Shown here: positions 18,155 to 27,395 of the stretch, in pieces | How positions within the stretch are numbered: the stretch's first letter is position 1 | Layout: every line of letters begins with the position of its first letter | Source: a virus | Taxonomy: Duplodnaviria; Caudoviricetes | Direction: 5' to 3' (one strand) | DNA: 64,000 nucleotides | Virus record (IMG/VR): IMGVR_UViG_3300046557_000242 | Span: 1,593 to 65,592 of that record | Made by a program: the position numbers and the translations under genes | Notes under the pieces: generated by a model | What the model saw: only the letters and a program-made list of their open reading frames with translations | The model's database searches: none | Told to the model about the DNA's origin: nothing

Positions 18155-18766
18155 TCAACCAGCGTTTGCTTTGGTCGCCTTCATCAGTGCAATCAACTGC
18201 TTGAACTCGGGTGTCCGAATGCCAGCGCGAGCCACTGCGCAAGCGTCGGCAACGTGCTCGTTGTCGACATGCAGGTCACCGGCCCGGTTCACGATCTTCC
18301 CGGTCTTGTTCTTCGTATCGGCCTCGTAGCGCTGCCAGGGAGCCTCAGGGAAGCGCTCAGCGGCCCAGGCGATGATCTCTGGCTTCTCGGCCGTCTTACT
18401 CCCCACGGACGCTACCTTCGTTTCCAGGGGCATAACCTGGATCAGCGGGATCTTGACCGAGGCTAGGATGCCAACCGCGGCACCGAATGCGAACGCGGCC
18501 CGGGCGCGCTGCGATCCTGAGGGGATCTCCCCGAAGGCTACGGTGCAGCCCTGCAGCTCCTCGTGGAGCGCATCGTGCAGCTCAGTGGCCCGGCGCAGGT
18601 CGTCGGAGTTCTGGCGCACGACCTTGCCTTTTCCGGCTCGCTTGTCGGTCCAGATGGTCCGGAAGCGGTCGAACGTGAACTCCAGGGTATTCAGATCGAG
18701 CCAAAGTCTGGCGATGCCGAAGGCGGCGAAGGCCGGGTCGAGGCCGGCTACGAGGATGCGGTCCAT
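18155..18766 (-). CDS. RuvC-like Holliday junction resolvase
   Basis: VAGLDP..GIA, FGE, ETK..AEK, NEHVADACAV acidic residues. Confidence 0.8.
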   Translation of the reverse strand: MDRILVAGLDPAFAAFGIARLWLDLNTLEFTFDRFRTIWTDKRAGKGKVVRQNSDDLRRATELHDALHEELQGCTVAFGEIPSGSQRARAAFAFGAAVGILASVKIPLIQVMPLETKVASVGSKTAEKPEIIAWAAERFPEAPWQRYEADTKNKTGKIVNRAGDLHVDNEHVADACAVARAGIRTPEFKQLIALMKATKANAG

Positions 18767-18825
18767 GAGTTCCCTGGTGTGACTCGAAAGTCGCAGCAAC
18801 CACATCTCGTGGCTTGCATTCTTGT

Positions 18826-18839
18826 TTGCATTCGTGCAA
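18826..18839 (-). promoter_or_regulatory. TTGC-box in divergent ruvC/rep intergenic region
   Basis: Reverse complement TTGCACGAATGCAA plus a second GAATGCAA. Confidence 0.75.
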
Positions 18840-18890
18840 ATACACCAACCCCGCGACGGTGTCAAACCGGCGGGCAACTAACGGAACATC

Positions 18891-19673
18891 ATGAGCATCA
18901 GAGCAATCAACTGGGCCATCCATCTTGGCGAGCGAGACAACCTCTCGCCGACGATGCGCCACATTCTGCTCGTCCTGGCCAACTTCGCCAGCGACGAGGA
19001 CATTTCTTATCCGCGACAGACGATCATCGCAAAGATCACTGGCCTGAGCCGAGTCTCGGTCAACCAGAATCTTCAGAAGCTCGAAGACGTCAGGCTGATC
19101 ACGGCCACCGGCCGGACGCATCGGACTGGCGCGACCCGCTCCTCGGAATACGAGCTGCACATCAACGAGAACCCGGCGGTCGATCAGGTCGAGTTCTACA
19201 AGGGTGTCAACGGCGTTAACACCGGGGGTGTCAAGCAGGTTAACACGGGAGTCAACGACAATGACTCCGGGTGTCAACGAGGTTTACAGGGGGGAGTCAA
19301 CGACGTTGACACCTTGAACCATACCTTAGAACCAAACCTAGAACCGAAAGAGAGAACCCCGGAAGCGCCGCGCACTCATGTGTGGCCGGAGGATTATCGC
19401 GATCAGTTCTGGAAGGTCTATCCGCGTCGTCGAGGCAGCAGCCGGAAGGAAGCACTCGCCGAGCTGGTCCGCATCCACCACAGCGACGAGGTCGCGTTCT
19501 CCGACATCCTGACCGGTGCGAAGTACTACGCCGACCGGATGAACGCTGACGTCAAGAAGGACCCCAGCAACGAGCAGTTCATCCAGCATGCGGTCCGATG
19601 GCTGAAGAAGGCCAGGTGGGAGACTGAAGGGCCGCCGGATAAGCCCCGCAGCATGAAGCGGGTCGCGATCTGA
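18891..19673 (+). CDS. Phage replication initiator (HTH_36-type, lambda-O-like)
   Basis: ILLVLANFA..SYP...IAKITGLSR wHTH; central repeat linker; FWKVYPRR...K..A C-terminal domain. Confidence 0.85.
   Translation: MSIRAINWAIHLGERDNLSPTMRHILLVLANFASDEDISYPRQTIIAKITGLSRVSVNQNLQKLEDVRLITATGRTHRTGATRSSEYELHINENPAVDQVEFYKGVNGVNTGGVKQVNTGVNDNDSGCQRGLQGGVNDVDTLNHTLEPNLEPKERTPEAPRTHVWPEDYRDQFWKVYPRRRGSSRKEALAELVRIHHSDEVAFSDILTGAKYYADRMNADVKKDPSNEQFIQHAVRWLKKARWETEGPPDKPRSMKRVAI
19203..19313. repeat. Iteron array, putative replication origin
   Basis: Five 21-bp quasi-palindromes GG(T/A)GTCAA...AC.. at 19203, 19227, 19248, 19270, 19293 inside the initiator gene. Confidence 0.8.
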
Positions 19674-19993
19674 TGGCCGGCGTGGATGTCGTCAAGGTCC
19701 TCGCAGAGGAAGGGATCAAGCTTCGATCCGTCAAGTTCGGCAACCAGTACACGACCTGTCCGCAGTGCTCGCACAAGCGGAAAGGGGCTCACAAAAAGAT
19801 CCGCTGTCTGTCGGTGAAGATCGACAACAGCGGCGTCGTTTGGAACTGCAAAAATTGTTCATGGGTAGGTTCAGAGAATGCTAAGCGAGAAACACGCCAA
19901 GGGGATCGAAAGCCGCGGCCTGAGCGTGGAAATGTCGGCGGCTATGGGGCTCTACAGCGGGCGTCGCTTGCGCGATGGGTCAATCGTACCTGA
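19673..19993 (+). CDS. Stand-alone primase zinc-binding domain
   Basis: CPQC...CLSV...WNCKNCSW.G. Confidence 0.75.
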   Translation: MAGVDVVKVLAEEGIKLRSVKFGNQYTTCPQCSHKRKGAHKKIRCLSVKIDNSGVVWNCKNCSWVGSENAKRETRQGDRKPRPERGNVGGYGALQRASLARWVNRT

Positions 19994-21431
19994 CGAAGAC
20001 GGAAGCATCCTGTGCTTCCCGTACTTCGAGCATGGCGAGGAGGTGAACACCAAGTATCGCTGGTCGCAAGACGGCCAGAGACGCTTCATGCAGCGCAAGG
20101 ACGCTGCGAAGACGGTGTTCAATGCCGACGTCCTGTTCGATGCCGACCTGATGAGCATGCTCAGCACGGGTCAGGAGTCCCTGATCTGGGTCGAGGGCGA
20201 GTTCGACGTCCAGGCCGGAAAGGAGTCCGGCTATGAGACGATCATCTCGGTGCCCGATGGGGCGCCGCCGGCTCGAGATGCCAAGGGCAAGCTGATCCAC
20301 GTCCCCGACGATGCTCGCGACATCGACCCCGACGAGGACGACAAGTTCGCCTTCATGGGTCGGCTGTACAGCCAGCTCATGGAGGTCAAGCACCACATCA
20401 TCTGCACCGATGGTGACGAGCCCGGTCGTCGGCTGGCGAAGGAGCTGGTCAGACGCATCGGCGCAGCCAAGTGTCTGTGGACCGAGTACCCGAACGACGA
20501 GGTCGTCCCCGACAAGAAGAACAAGGGCAAGCTCAGAGCCTGCAAGGATCTGAACGAGGTCAAGCAGTATCTCGGCGCCGAGCGCGTCCGGGAGATGATC
20601 GATAACGCGAAGCCCTGGCCCGTGACCGGTCTGTTCCGCCTTTCGCACTATCCCGAGATGGAGATCCCGGTCATGTGCGAGATCGGCTTGTCCGAGGAGC
20701 TTGACGGCCTGATGAAGTTCTATGCCGGCCAGTTCGTCATCGCCACGGGTGTGCCGAACGTCGGTAAGTCGACGCTGATGAACCAGGCTGCCGTGCTGCT
20801 CGCGAAGAAGCACAAATGGCCAGTCGCTATCTTCTCGGGCGAGAAGGACGTCAAGCCGTTCCTGGCGCACGAGCTGATGACGGCGTTCCTGGAGAAGCCG
20901 CGCAAGGACTGGACGTTCGAGGAGAAGAAGCGGGCTGAGGCGTTCGTCGAGCGCTACTTCCAGTTCATCGACTACGACGAGACCTCGGACTTCGACATCG
21001 ACGTCGACTTCCTGCTTGAGCGCGCGGCGACCGCCGTGTTCCGCGATGGCGTGAAGTTACTGCTGATCGACCCGTGGAACGAGCTGGAGCACACCCGGCC
21101 CATGAACCTCTCGCTGACCGAGTACGTCGGCAAGATGATCAAGAAGATGAAGCGCTTTGCCAAGCAGTTTGGCGTCTGCGTGGTGGTTGTGGCGCATCCG
21201 ACGAAGCTGGCAGCAGACCAGAAGCCGGGCCTCTACAACATCTCGGACTCCGCCCATTGGGCGAACAAGGCGGATCTCGGCGTCGTCGTCCACAGTGGCG
21301 ATCCCGAGGACCCGTATGCTCGTGAGATCGACATCTGCAAGGTCCGCCTCAAACGGATCGCCGGCAACACCGGCATCGCAACGCTGTCGTTCGATGAGCG
21401 GACCGGATTGTTCGTCAAACCGTTTTCGTAA
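19878..21431 (+). CDS. Primase-helicase (TOPRIM + DnaB-like; T7 gp4/Twinkle type)
   Basis: WVEGEFD, SVPDGA, TDGDEPG, KDLNE, GVPNVGKST, IDPWN, VAHP. Confidence 0.9.
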   Translation: MLSEKHAKGIESRGLSVEMSAAMGLYSGRRLRDGSIVPDEDGSILCFPYFEHGEEVNTKYRWSQDGQRRFMQRKDAAKTVFNADVLFDADLMSMLSTGQESLIWVEGEFDVQAGKESGYETIISVPDGAPPARDAKGKLIHVPDDARDIDPDEDDKFAFMGRLYSQLMEVKHHIICTDGDEPGRRLAKELVRRIGAAKCLWTEYPNDEVVPDKKNKGKLRACKDLNEVKQYLGAERVREMIDNAKPWPVTGLFRLSHYPEMEIPVMCEIGLSEELDGLMKFYAGQFVIATGVPNVGKSTLMNQAAVLLAKKHKWPVAIFSGEKDVKPFLAHELMTAFLEKPRKDWTFEEKKRAEAFVERYFQFIDYDETSDFDIDVDFLLERAATAVFRDGVKLLLIDPWNELEHTRPMNLSLTEYVGKMIKKMKRFAKQFGVCVVVVAHPTKLAADQKPGLYNISDSAHWANKADLGVVVHSGDPEDPYAREIDICKVRLKRIAGNTGIATLSFDERTGLFVKPFS

Positions 21432-21439
21432 CTTTTCGC

Positions 21440-21453
21440 TTGCATGAATGCAA
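21440..21453 (+). promoter_or_regulatory. TTGC-box
   Basis: TTGCATGAATGCAA upstream of ssb. Confidence 0.8.
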
Positions 21454-21488
21454 ACGAACTGCTAATGCAAACCCAGAAGGAGAGACCA

Positions 21489-22169
21489 ATGGCATCAAGT
21501 TTGAACAAGGTCGAGCTGATCGGCCGCCTCGGCAAGGACCCCGAGGTGAAGAACCTCTCGAACGGTTCTTCCGTCGCGAATTTCAGCGTCGCCACCAGCG
21601 AGAGCTGGAAGGACAAGCGCTCTGGCGAGAAGGTCGAGAAGACCGAGTGGCACAATATCGTGGTCTGGAACGAGAACACGATCAAGTTCGTCCAGGACTA
21701 CGTCAAGAAGGGCGATCTGGTCCGCATCGAGGGCAAGATCCAGACCCGTTCCTGGGAAGATAACGATGGCAACAAGAAGTATGCCACCGAGATCGTGATC
21801 CCGGCCTTCGCTTCGATCGACGCGCTGATGAAACTGTCGTTCGACAACGACAACAACGATCGTGGCGGCGACCGTGGCGGCAGCGACCGCGGCTCCAGCC
21901 GTGGTGGCAACTCCCGCAGCAGCGGCAACAGCCGTGACCGCGACGACCGCGGTGGCAACGATGACCGTGGCAGCAACAGCCGCTCGTCGTCGAGCCGTGG
22001 CAACTCCCGCGATGACGACCGTGGCGGCGATGACCGTGGCGCAAGCCGTGGTGGCAGCCGTGGCCGTGACGACCGCGATGACCGCGGCGGCAATGACCGT
22101 GGCAACAGCCGCGGCGGCAACAGCGGCGGCGGTCGCAACAACGATATGAACGACGATATCCCGTTTTGA
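21489..22169 (+). CDS. ssb: Single-stranded DNA-binding protein with long RGG/DDR-rich linker
   Basis: [28 protein letters not shown]-terminus. Confidence 0.95.
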   Translation: MASSLNKVELIGRLGKDPEVKNLSNGSSVANFSVATSESWKDKRSGEKVEKTEWHNIVVWNENTIKFVQDYVKKGDLVRIEGKIQTRSWEDNDGNKKYATEIVIPAFASIDALMKLSFDNDNNDRGGDRGGSDRGSSRGGNSRSSGNSRDRDDRGGNDDRGSNSRSSSSRGNSRDDDRGGDDRGASRGGSRGRDDRDDRGGNDRGNSRGGNSGGGRNNDMNDDIPF

Positions 22170-22244
22170 TCGTCGGACTGACGTCCTGACCCGTCTCCGG
22201 ACTGGTCAGTTCATCTGAGCTTCCCCGTTGAGCGGGGAATATCG

Positions 22245-22285
22245 AGGGGCGCCCCATTGGTTGTGCGTGCTGGGGCGCCCCTTTT
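22245..22285 (+). terminator. Intrinsic terminator after ssb
   Basis: AGGGGCGCCCCA...TGGGGCGCCCCTTTT. Confidence 0.75.
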
Positions 22286-22298
22286 CAAATCCAATTAT

Positions 22299-22312
22299 TT
22301 GCACGATTGCAA
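22299..22312 (+). promoter_or_regulatory. TTGC-box variant
   Basis: TTGCACGATTGCAA before GGAG RBS. Confidence 0.65.
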
Positions 22313-22323
22313 ACGGAGTACGA

Positions 22324-22683
22324 ATGTCGCCCAACAATTCCCTGACCGATCAGCAGATCGAAGAGGCCTTGGTGCAGTCTGGGATGCCGATCGAGCTGAT
22401 CGCATTCCTGACAGTGCTCGGAGGTCTCGGCGATGCTGCCGAGCTGTGTGACTGTCCGCCCGGCGTCTGCCTCGGTGAAGGTCCGGCTTCCGATCTCCTC
22501 GACGACGAGGAAGAGGACGACGATGACCTCGAAGTCGTGTTCGAACCGGACTTCGACTTCGAAGCGATCGACGTCCCCCAGGAAGACAAGATCGAGGCTG
22601 TCGCCCAGCTGGGCCGCATCATCGAGGGTCTGACCCTCCTGGTCGAGCGTCACTCCGCCCTCGTTGCGAGCCTGGTGACCTGA
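22324..22683 (+). CDS. Very acidic hypothetical protein
   Basis: DDEEEDDDD tract; GGAG RBS. Confidence 0.65.
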   Translation: MSPNNSLTDQQIEEALVQSGMPIELIAFLTVLGGLGDAAELCDCPPGVCLGEGPASDLLDDEEEDDDDLEVVFEPDFDFEAIDVPQEDKIEAVAQLGRIIEGLTLLVERHSALVASLVT

Positions 22684-23033
22684 TGAAGAGAACCGTCCTG
22701 GAAGTCGGACCGGGCGCTCTCTCTGAGTACTACGACTGGATCAAGGATGCCGCCAGCGGCGACGTCCTGGTCTACTGGCAGGGCGACCTCCAGTACGACC
22801 GCCAGATCACGGTACCCACGGACGATGTCCTCCGGGCCGCCGAGCGCACCCGCATCCAAGCGCTCAACTTCGTCGCTGATCGTGTCCTCAAGGACAGCAA
22901 GGGTGGACTGCTTCACCTGACGCAGCTCCGGATCGGAACGAACCTCTTCGAATACCGCGCAACCCGCCGCCGGGCCTCCGGCGGCCAACACACGGTCTCG
23001 GAAATCCGGAATGACAACCTCGTCTCTGCATGA
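22683..23033 (+). CDS. Hypothetical protein
   Basis: Coupled 116 aa ORF. Confidence 0.7.
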   Translation: MKRTVLEVGPGALSEYYDWIKDAASGDVLVYWQGDLQYDRQITVPTDDVLRAAERTRIQALNFVADRVLKDSKGGLLHLTQLRIGTNLFEYRATRRRASGGQHTVSEIRNDNLVSA

Positions 23034-23598
23034 GGATCGCACGATGACCCTCGGCTGGCTCGCCCATGGTGGCGAGCTGGCCTTGGCTCTCAAAGGCGAT
23101 CAATCGCGACACTCCGACGTCATCTGGCAGCTTCTCGTCGAGGCCGTAGAGGTCATCGACAAGACGCCAGACAGCGAACGGCGCTGGCTTACGTCCGGTC
23201 AGCGATCCGGTGGCTGGAACATGGTCGGCATGTCCCGAGCCGAGCTGGTCGAGATCGAGAAGATCAGACTGCTCTGCGCAATGAAACCCTTCGACGGGAA
23301 CACGAAGTATGCGCCGCAACGAGATGACACTGAACGAGCCCTCGGAGTCCTTGCATGGCTTCGTTGGTGCAACTCTGCGCGCCTACCGGAGCGACTTACG
23401 AAGGCAGCTATCGCGCTGGCTCGTGGCGGAGATCAAGAGATCGTTCACCAGCTCTATTGCCCGACGCGCAAACCGAACCGCCAGAACTTCCACGAGATCA
23501 GGACCCGGACAGTCGGCTTCATCCTGACCGGCCTTAAAGCCGACCTCGGCATCGTCGCTGGGGAGGGCATCACCTTCAAAGAGGTTCATCATGACTGA
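23011..23598 (+). CDS. Hypothetical protein, possible transcription regulator
   Basis: 195 aa ORF; start may be 23044. Confidence 0.65.
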   Translation: MTTSSLHEDRTMTLGWLAHGGELALALKGDQSRHSDVIWQLLVEAVEVIDKTPDSERRWLTSGQRSGGWNMVGMSRAELVEIEKIRLLCAMKPFDGNTKYAPQRDDTERALGVLAWLRWCNSARLPERLTKAAIALARGGDQEIVHQLYCPTRKPNRQNFHEIRTRTVGFILTGLKADLGIVAGEGITFKEVHHD

Positions 23599-24223
23599 TC
23601 TGCCGCTGCCCAACAGAATCGATATCGACCACGTCGTCGAGCATTCCTTCAAGGACATGCACCAGAAGGGCTTCCACTATCTCTGCCTCAATCGCTCCGA
23701 GACCGAGACGGTCAAGCTGTACTTCTTCGACGGTGACGTGAACAAGCTGCCGGAGGTCGTCGCCCCGCACGATCACCGCTACGACTTCGAGACCTATGTC
23801 GCTGCCGGCGCCGTCGAGAACGTCACGTTCCGCCGCACCGACGACGAGACCAAGGGCCAGATGTACAACTGGTTCGAGTATCGCACGCCCCTGAACGGCG
23901 GCGACGGCTTCACCTTTGCCGGTGAGGAGTGCCTTTACGAGGCGCACCGTGCCCGCTTCACCAACGGCGAGTCCTACTACCTCCAAGCCGACGATCTGCA
24001 CACCATCCGCATCGCCGGCAACGAGACGGTGCTGATGCTCCTCCAGTTCGAGGATATCTACCCGATCGAGAAGCCCTCCTCGACCTTCTTCAAGGATCAG
24101 GCGCCATCGCTCGACGGCCTCTACACCAAGTTCACGGCCGACGAAGTCATCGCCCTGATCCGACGCTTCGAGGAGCGCACGGGCATCGCGTTCAAGACCT
24201 CGCTGTTCCGTGACGCAGCGTAG
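23591..24223 (+). CDS. Cupin-fold (double-stranded beta-helix) protein
   Basis: PHDHRYDF...GESYYL...LHTI metal-binding His pattern. Confidence 0.65.
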   Translation: MTDLPLPNRIDIDHVVEHSFKDMHQKGFHYLCLNRSETETVKLYFFDGDVNKLPEVVAPHDHRYDFETYVAAGAVENVTFRRTDDETKGQMYNWFEYRTPLNGGDGFTFAGEECLYEAHRARFTNGESYYLQADDLHTIRIAGNETVLMLLQFEDIYPIEKPSSTFFKDQAPSLDGLYTKFTADEVIALIRRFEERTGIAFKTSLFRDAA

Positions 24224-24461
24224 CCAAGAGGGAGCTGAGGCCCACCTGAGGCTGCACGCGGCTCTTCATGTGCAGCTGTCAACGCTGGAGCGGTTCAGGT
24301 CGACGATCCTGAACGCTGCCTCACCCCACGAGATCGAGTTGGCGAGGTCCGCCTATCTCGCCGCTTCCGAAGCGGTGGCGGACCGGGCCCAGGAACAACT
24401 GTTCGTCCAGATACGGGAAGATGGAATCGACCCGTTCACGAGGAGGCCGATAAGGCGATGA
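24210..24461 (+). CDS. Hypothetical protein
   Basis: GTG start, overlaps both neighbours. Confidence 0.5.
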   Translation: MTQRSQEGAEAHLRLHAALHVQLSTLERFRSTILNAASPHEIELARSAYLAASEAVADRAQEQLFVQIREDGIDPFTRRPIRR

Positions 24462-25135
24462 GGGAGATCATCTTCGACACGGAGACTACCGGACTCGATC
24501 GCAAGGTCGATCGAATCTGCGAGATCGGCTGTGTCGAGATGGTCGATCGAATAGTAACCGGACGCACCTACCACACGTACTGCAATCCACTGCATCCGGT
24601 CCACAAGGAGGCCTACAGGGTCCATGGCCTGAGCGACGTCTTCCTTCGCACGAAGCCGACGTTCAGGCGGATCCATAATCGCTTCCTCAGCTTTATCGAG
24701 GGGGCGAGACTGGTCGCCCACAACGCATCCTTCGACCTCGGGATGATCAACGAGGAGCTGGACCGGCTCGACATCAAGCCCTTGGACAACGAGGTCGTCG
24801 ACACCCTTGAAATGGCGAAGGCGGTTCATCCGCGGCGCCGGCATACGCTGGACGCGCTGTGCTCGCTCTACAACATCGACACTTCGAGGAGATCTGAGCA
24901 TCACGGCGCTCTCGTCGACTCCGAGCTGCTCGCCCAGGTCTACGTTGAGCTGCAAGGCGGCCTCCAGCACGGACTGCAGCTAGACCTCCTCGCTGAGGAG
25001 AAGACAGAAGAGGCGACGCCAGCCAGGCAACGGCCCACGCCGCTGCCGAGCCGGCTCACCAACGAAGAAATCGCGGCGCACAGAGCCTTCGTCGAAACAC
25101 TCGGCGATAAGGCCATCTGGCGCGAGTACGTCTAA
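24458..25135 (+). CDS. dnaQ: DNA polymerase III epsilon-like 3'-5' exonuclease
   Basis: FDTETTGL, VAHNASFD, HGALVDS (DEDDh). Confidence 0.92.
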   Translation: MREIIFDTETTGLDRKVDRICEIGCVEMVDRIVTGRTYHTYCNPLHPVHKEAYRVHGLSDVFLRTKPTFRRIHNRFLSFIEGARLVAHNASFDLGMINEELDRLDIKPLDNEVVDTLEMAKAVHPRRRHTLDALCSLYNIDTSRRSEHHGALVDSELLAQVYVELQGGLQHGLQLDLLAEEKTEEATPARQRPTPLPSRLTNEEIAAHRAFVETLGDKAIWREYV

Positions 25136-25139
25136 CCGT

Positions 25140-25153
25140 TTGTTTGAATGCAA
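25140..25153 (+). promoter_or_regulatory. TTGC-box variant
   Basis: TTGTTTGAATGCAA. Confidence 0.75.
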
Positions 25154-25191
25154 GGACTTGCAAAATGAGGAAGCGAACTGGCCACATCGGT

Positions 25192-26139
25192 ATGAGCGAG
25201 GAAGCTCGTGCCGCCCGCATGAAGTCGATCGGTGGATCTGATGCCAAGATCATCATGTCCGGCGATCAGGAGGCGATCGAGCGTCTCTGGTTGGAGAAGC
25301 GCGGCGAGGTGATCCCTGAGAACCTCGACGAGGTGATCCTGATCAATCTCGGCAACCTGACCGAGCCCCTGAACGCCGACCTGTTCGAGGACGAGATGGA
25401 CCTGCACGTCACCGACGAGCAGAAGAAGGTCCACTACTACGCCTGGGAGCTGGCTCACACCACGCTTGACGGCCTGGTGCGCAAGACGCCGGAGTCGGAC
25501 CCGATCGCCATCGTCGAGTTCAAGTTCATGTTCCCCTTCGGCTTCAACAAGCAGGAGGCGTACGAGAAGTATTACCCGCAGGTCCAGCACAACATGATGG
25601 TGACGGATTTGCCGAAGGGATACCTGTCGATCCTGACCGGCGCCGCTCAGCACGTCATCCTCGAAGTCGAGGCCGATCTCTTCTACCAGATCGCGCTGCT
25701 CGAAGCCGAGAAGGACTTCTGGGACTGCGTCGAGACCGGCCGCGTGCCCGGTGCGCCGAAGATCGACATCCCGATCGCCGAGCGCATCAAGATCCACGAC
25801 ATGAGCACCAACAACGAGTGGTGCGATCTGGCCTTCACGCTGCTCAGCACCAAGCCGTCCGTCGAGAAGCACGAGAAGGCGAAGAAGGCGATCAAGAAGC
25901 TGTTCCCGGCTGACGCCAAGTCGGCCGCCGGCAAGGGCGTCGCCATCAACCTGTCGAAGGATGGCAAGCAGCTGATCAAGTTCGACGAGGAGGCCATCAA
26001 GGAGGCTGTCGAGGAGGCTGCCAACCGGCCGCCGGCACCCGCCGAGGAACCGGCAAAAGAAGCGGCAAAGAAGCCCAAGGCACCGCGCAAGAAACCCGCG
26101 AATAGCAACGACAAACCCGCTGAATCTGAAGCGGCATAA
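25192..26139 (+). CDS. YqaJ/lambda-exonuclease family recombination nuclease
   Basis: R..SIGGSDA, TLDG, VEFK, YYPQVQHNM. Confidence 0.88.
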   Translation: MSEEARAARMKSIGGSDAKIIMSGDQEAIERLWLEKRGEVIPENLDEVILINLGNLTEPLNADLFEDEMDLHVTDEQKKVHYYAWELAHTTLDGLVRKTPESDPIAIVEFKFMFPFGFNKQEAYEKYYPQVQHNMMVTDLPKGYLSILTGAAQHVILEVEADLFYQIALLEAEKDFWDCVETGRVPGAPKIDIPIAERIKIHDMSTNNEWCDLAFTLLSTKPSVEKHEKAKKAIKKLFPADAKSAAGKGVAINLSKDGKQLIKFDEEAIKEAVEEAANRPPAPAEEPAKEAAKKPKAPRKKPANSNDKPAESEAA

Positions 26140-26151
26140 ACGGAGACCAAA

Positions 26152-26994
26152 ATGGCTGCTCGTAAGAACAACAACGGCGACAACCGCGCCCGGCTCGACA
26201 AGATCTACGACGTCTTCGACAAGCACAAGGTCGACATCGACAAGGACGCGATCTGGGAGGTCCAGGGGACTCCGGTCGTCAAGCACAAGGACGTTGAGCG
26301 CCTCGGTGCGGCGATGGGTATCCGCTACGACAAACCCCAGATCATCCGCTCTGAGGCGGACGAGGCCGTGATCATCGTGTTCGGCAGCGTCGGAGACAAG
26401 ATGGAGTGGTCGATCGGCGAGGCCAAGATCACCCAGCTGGTCGACACCGGCCGCAAGAACAACTGGGGCAAGGCGATCAAGGAGCCGAAGGATGGCTGCT
26501 TCGGCAACTACATCGTCAGCGGCTCCCAGGCGGCATATCCGTACGCCATGGCCGAGAAGCGCGCCAAGGATCGCGTGATCCTCAAGCTCGCTGACCTGCA
26601 CGGCGACGCCTACTCGTCCGAGGAAGCCGACGACTTCAAGACGCCGCCGCGGTCTGACGACCGTGATGACCGTCGTGATGACCGTCGTGATGATCGTCAG
26701 GACCAGGCGAGCAACGACAACCGTCGTGACGATGGCCAGAGCAATGGAGGCAACAGCAATGGTGGCAAGAGCGCGGCCGACCAGCGCATCGAGGACCTGA
26801 TCGTCGCTTGCGAGACGGACATCCGGAACTGCAAGACGATCAAGGAAGTCACGGCCCTGATGAACAGCAAGGACATCAAGGACGCGATGGCCGAGATGAC
26901 GAAGGACGAGGTCGCCAGCCTCCGTGGCTTCGCCACCGATCGCCTGCATGACCTGGGCTGGAAGAAGCCGGAGAAAGAGGCTGCGAATGGCTGA
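26152..26994 (+). CDS. Putative ssDNA-annealing recombinase
   Basis: Follows YqaJ; AMAEKRAKDRVILKL..YSSEEADDF motif then low-complexity linker. Confidence 0.6.
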   Translation: MAARKNNNGDNRARLDKIYDVFDKHKVDIDKDAIWEVQGTPVVKHKDVERLGAAMGIRYDKPQIIRSEADEAVIIVFGSVGDKMEWSIGEAKITQLVDTGRKNNWGKAIKEPKDGCFGNYIVSGSQAAYPYAMAEKRAKDRVILKLADLHGDAYSSEEADDFKTPPRSDDRDDRRDDRRDDRQDQASNDNRRDDGQSNGGNSNGGKSAADQRIEDLIVACETDIRNCKTIKEVTALMNSKDIKDAMAEMTKDEVASLRGFATDRLHDLGWKKPEKEAANG

Positions 26995-27148
26995 GCCGAA
27001 GATCATCTATGACGAAGCGGTCCAGCTGGCCAAAAAGCTGCATCGCAACTGGCTGAAGGCCAACCAGAACGCCACCTTCAAGGGCGGCTGGATGACCTTC
27101 TACGAGCAGGCGGCCAGATTCCTCGGCATTTGGCATGACCCCAGCTGA
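26987..27148 (+). CDS. Hypothetical protein
   Basis: Short coupled ORF MAEPKIIY... Confidence 0.55.
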   Translation: MAEPKIIYDEAVQLAKKLHRNWLKANQNATFKGGWMTFYEQAARFLGIWHDPS

Positions 27149-27389
27149 GGCCTACTGCGAGATGGCGCTGTTCGCGATCAAGTTGACGAACAGCGGCAGC
27201 TCACTGCGTGCCTGGTGGACGGAAGAGACCGCCCACCGGGAGCAGTACGAATTGTCCCGTGATCAGATCGATGGGCTGGCTGATGCTTGCCGAGATCACA
27301 TCCGGGACATGGGTGAAGTCGCCAAGGAGCGGCCTCCGGAGCCGGCCCCCAAGAGGAAGCCGAAACCGAAGAAGCGCGCGGCAATCTGA
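27135..27389 (+). CDS. Hypothetical protein
   Basis: 84 aa, basic tail. Confidence 0.6.
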   Translation: MTPAEAYCEMALFAIKLTNSGSSLRAWWTEETAHREQYELSRDQIDGLADACRDHIRDMGEVAKERPPEPAPKRKPKPKKRAAI

Positions 27390-27395
27390 GGTCAC

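Noticed and set aside
19203-19313. Mini-CRISPR or DGR repeat
   Set aside because: Repeats are adjacent with no spacers and in frame within the initiator; no reverse transcriptase in the window.
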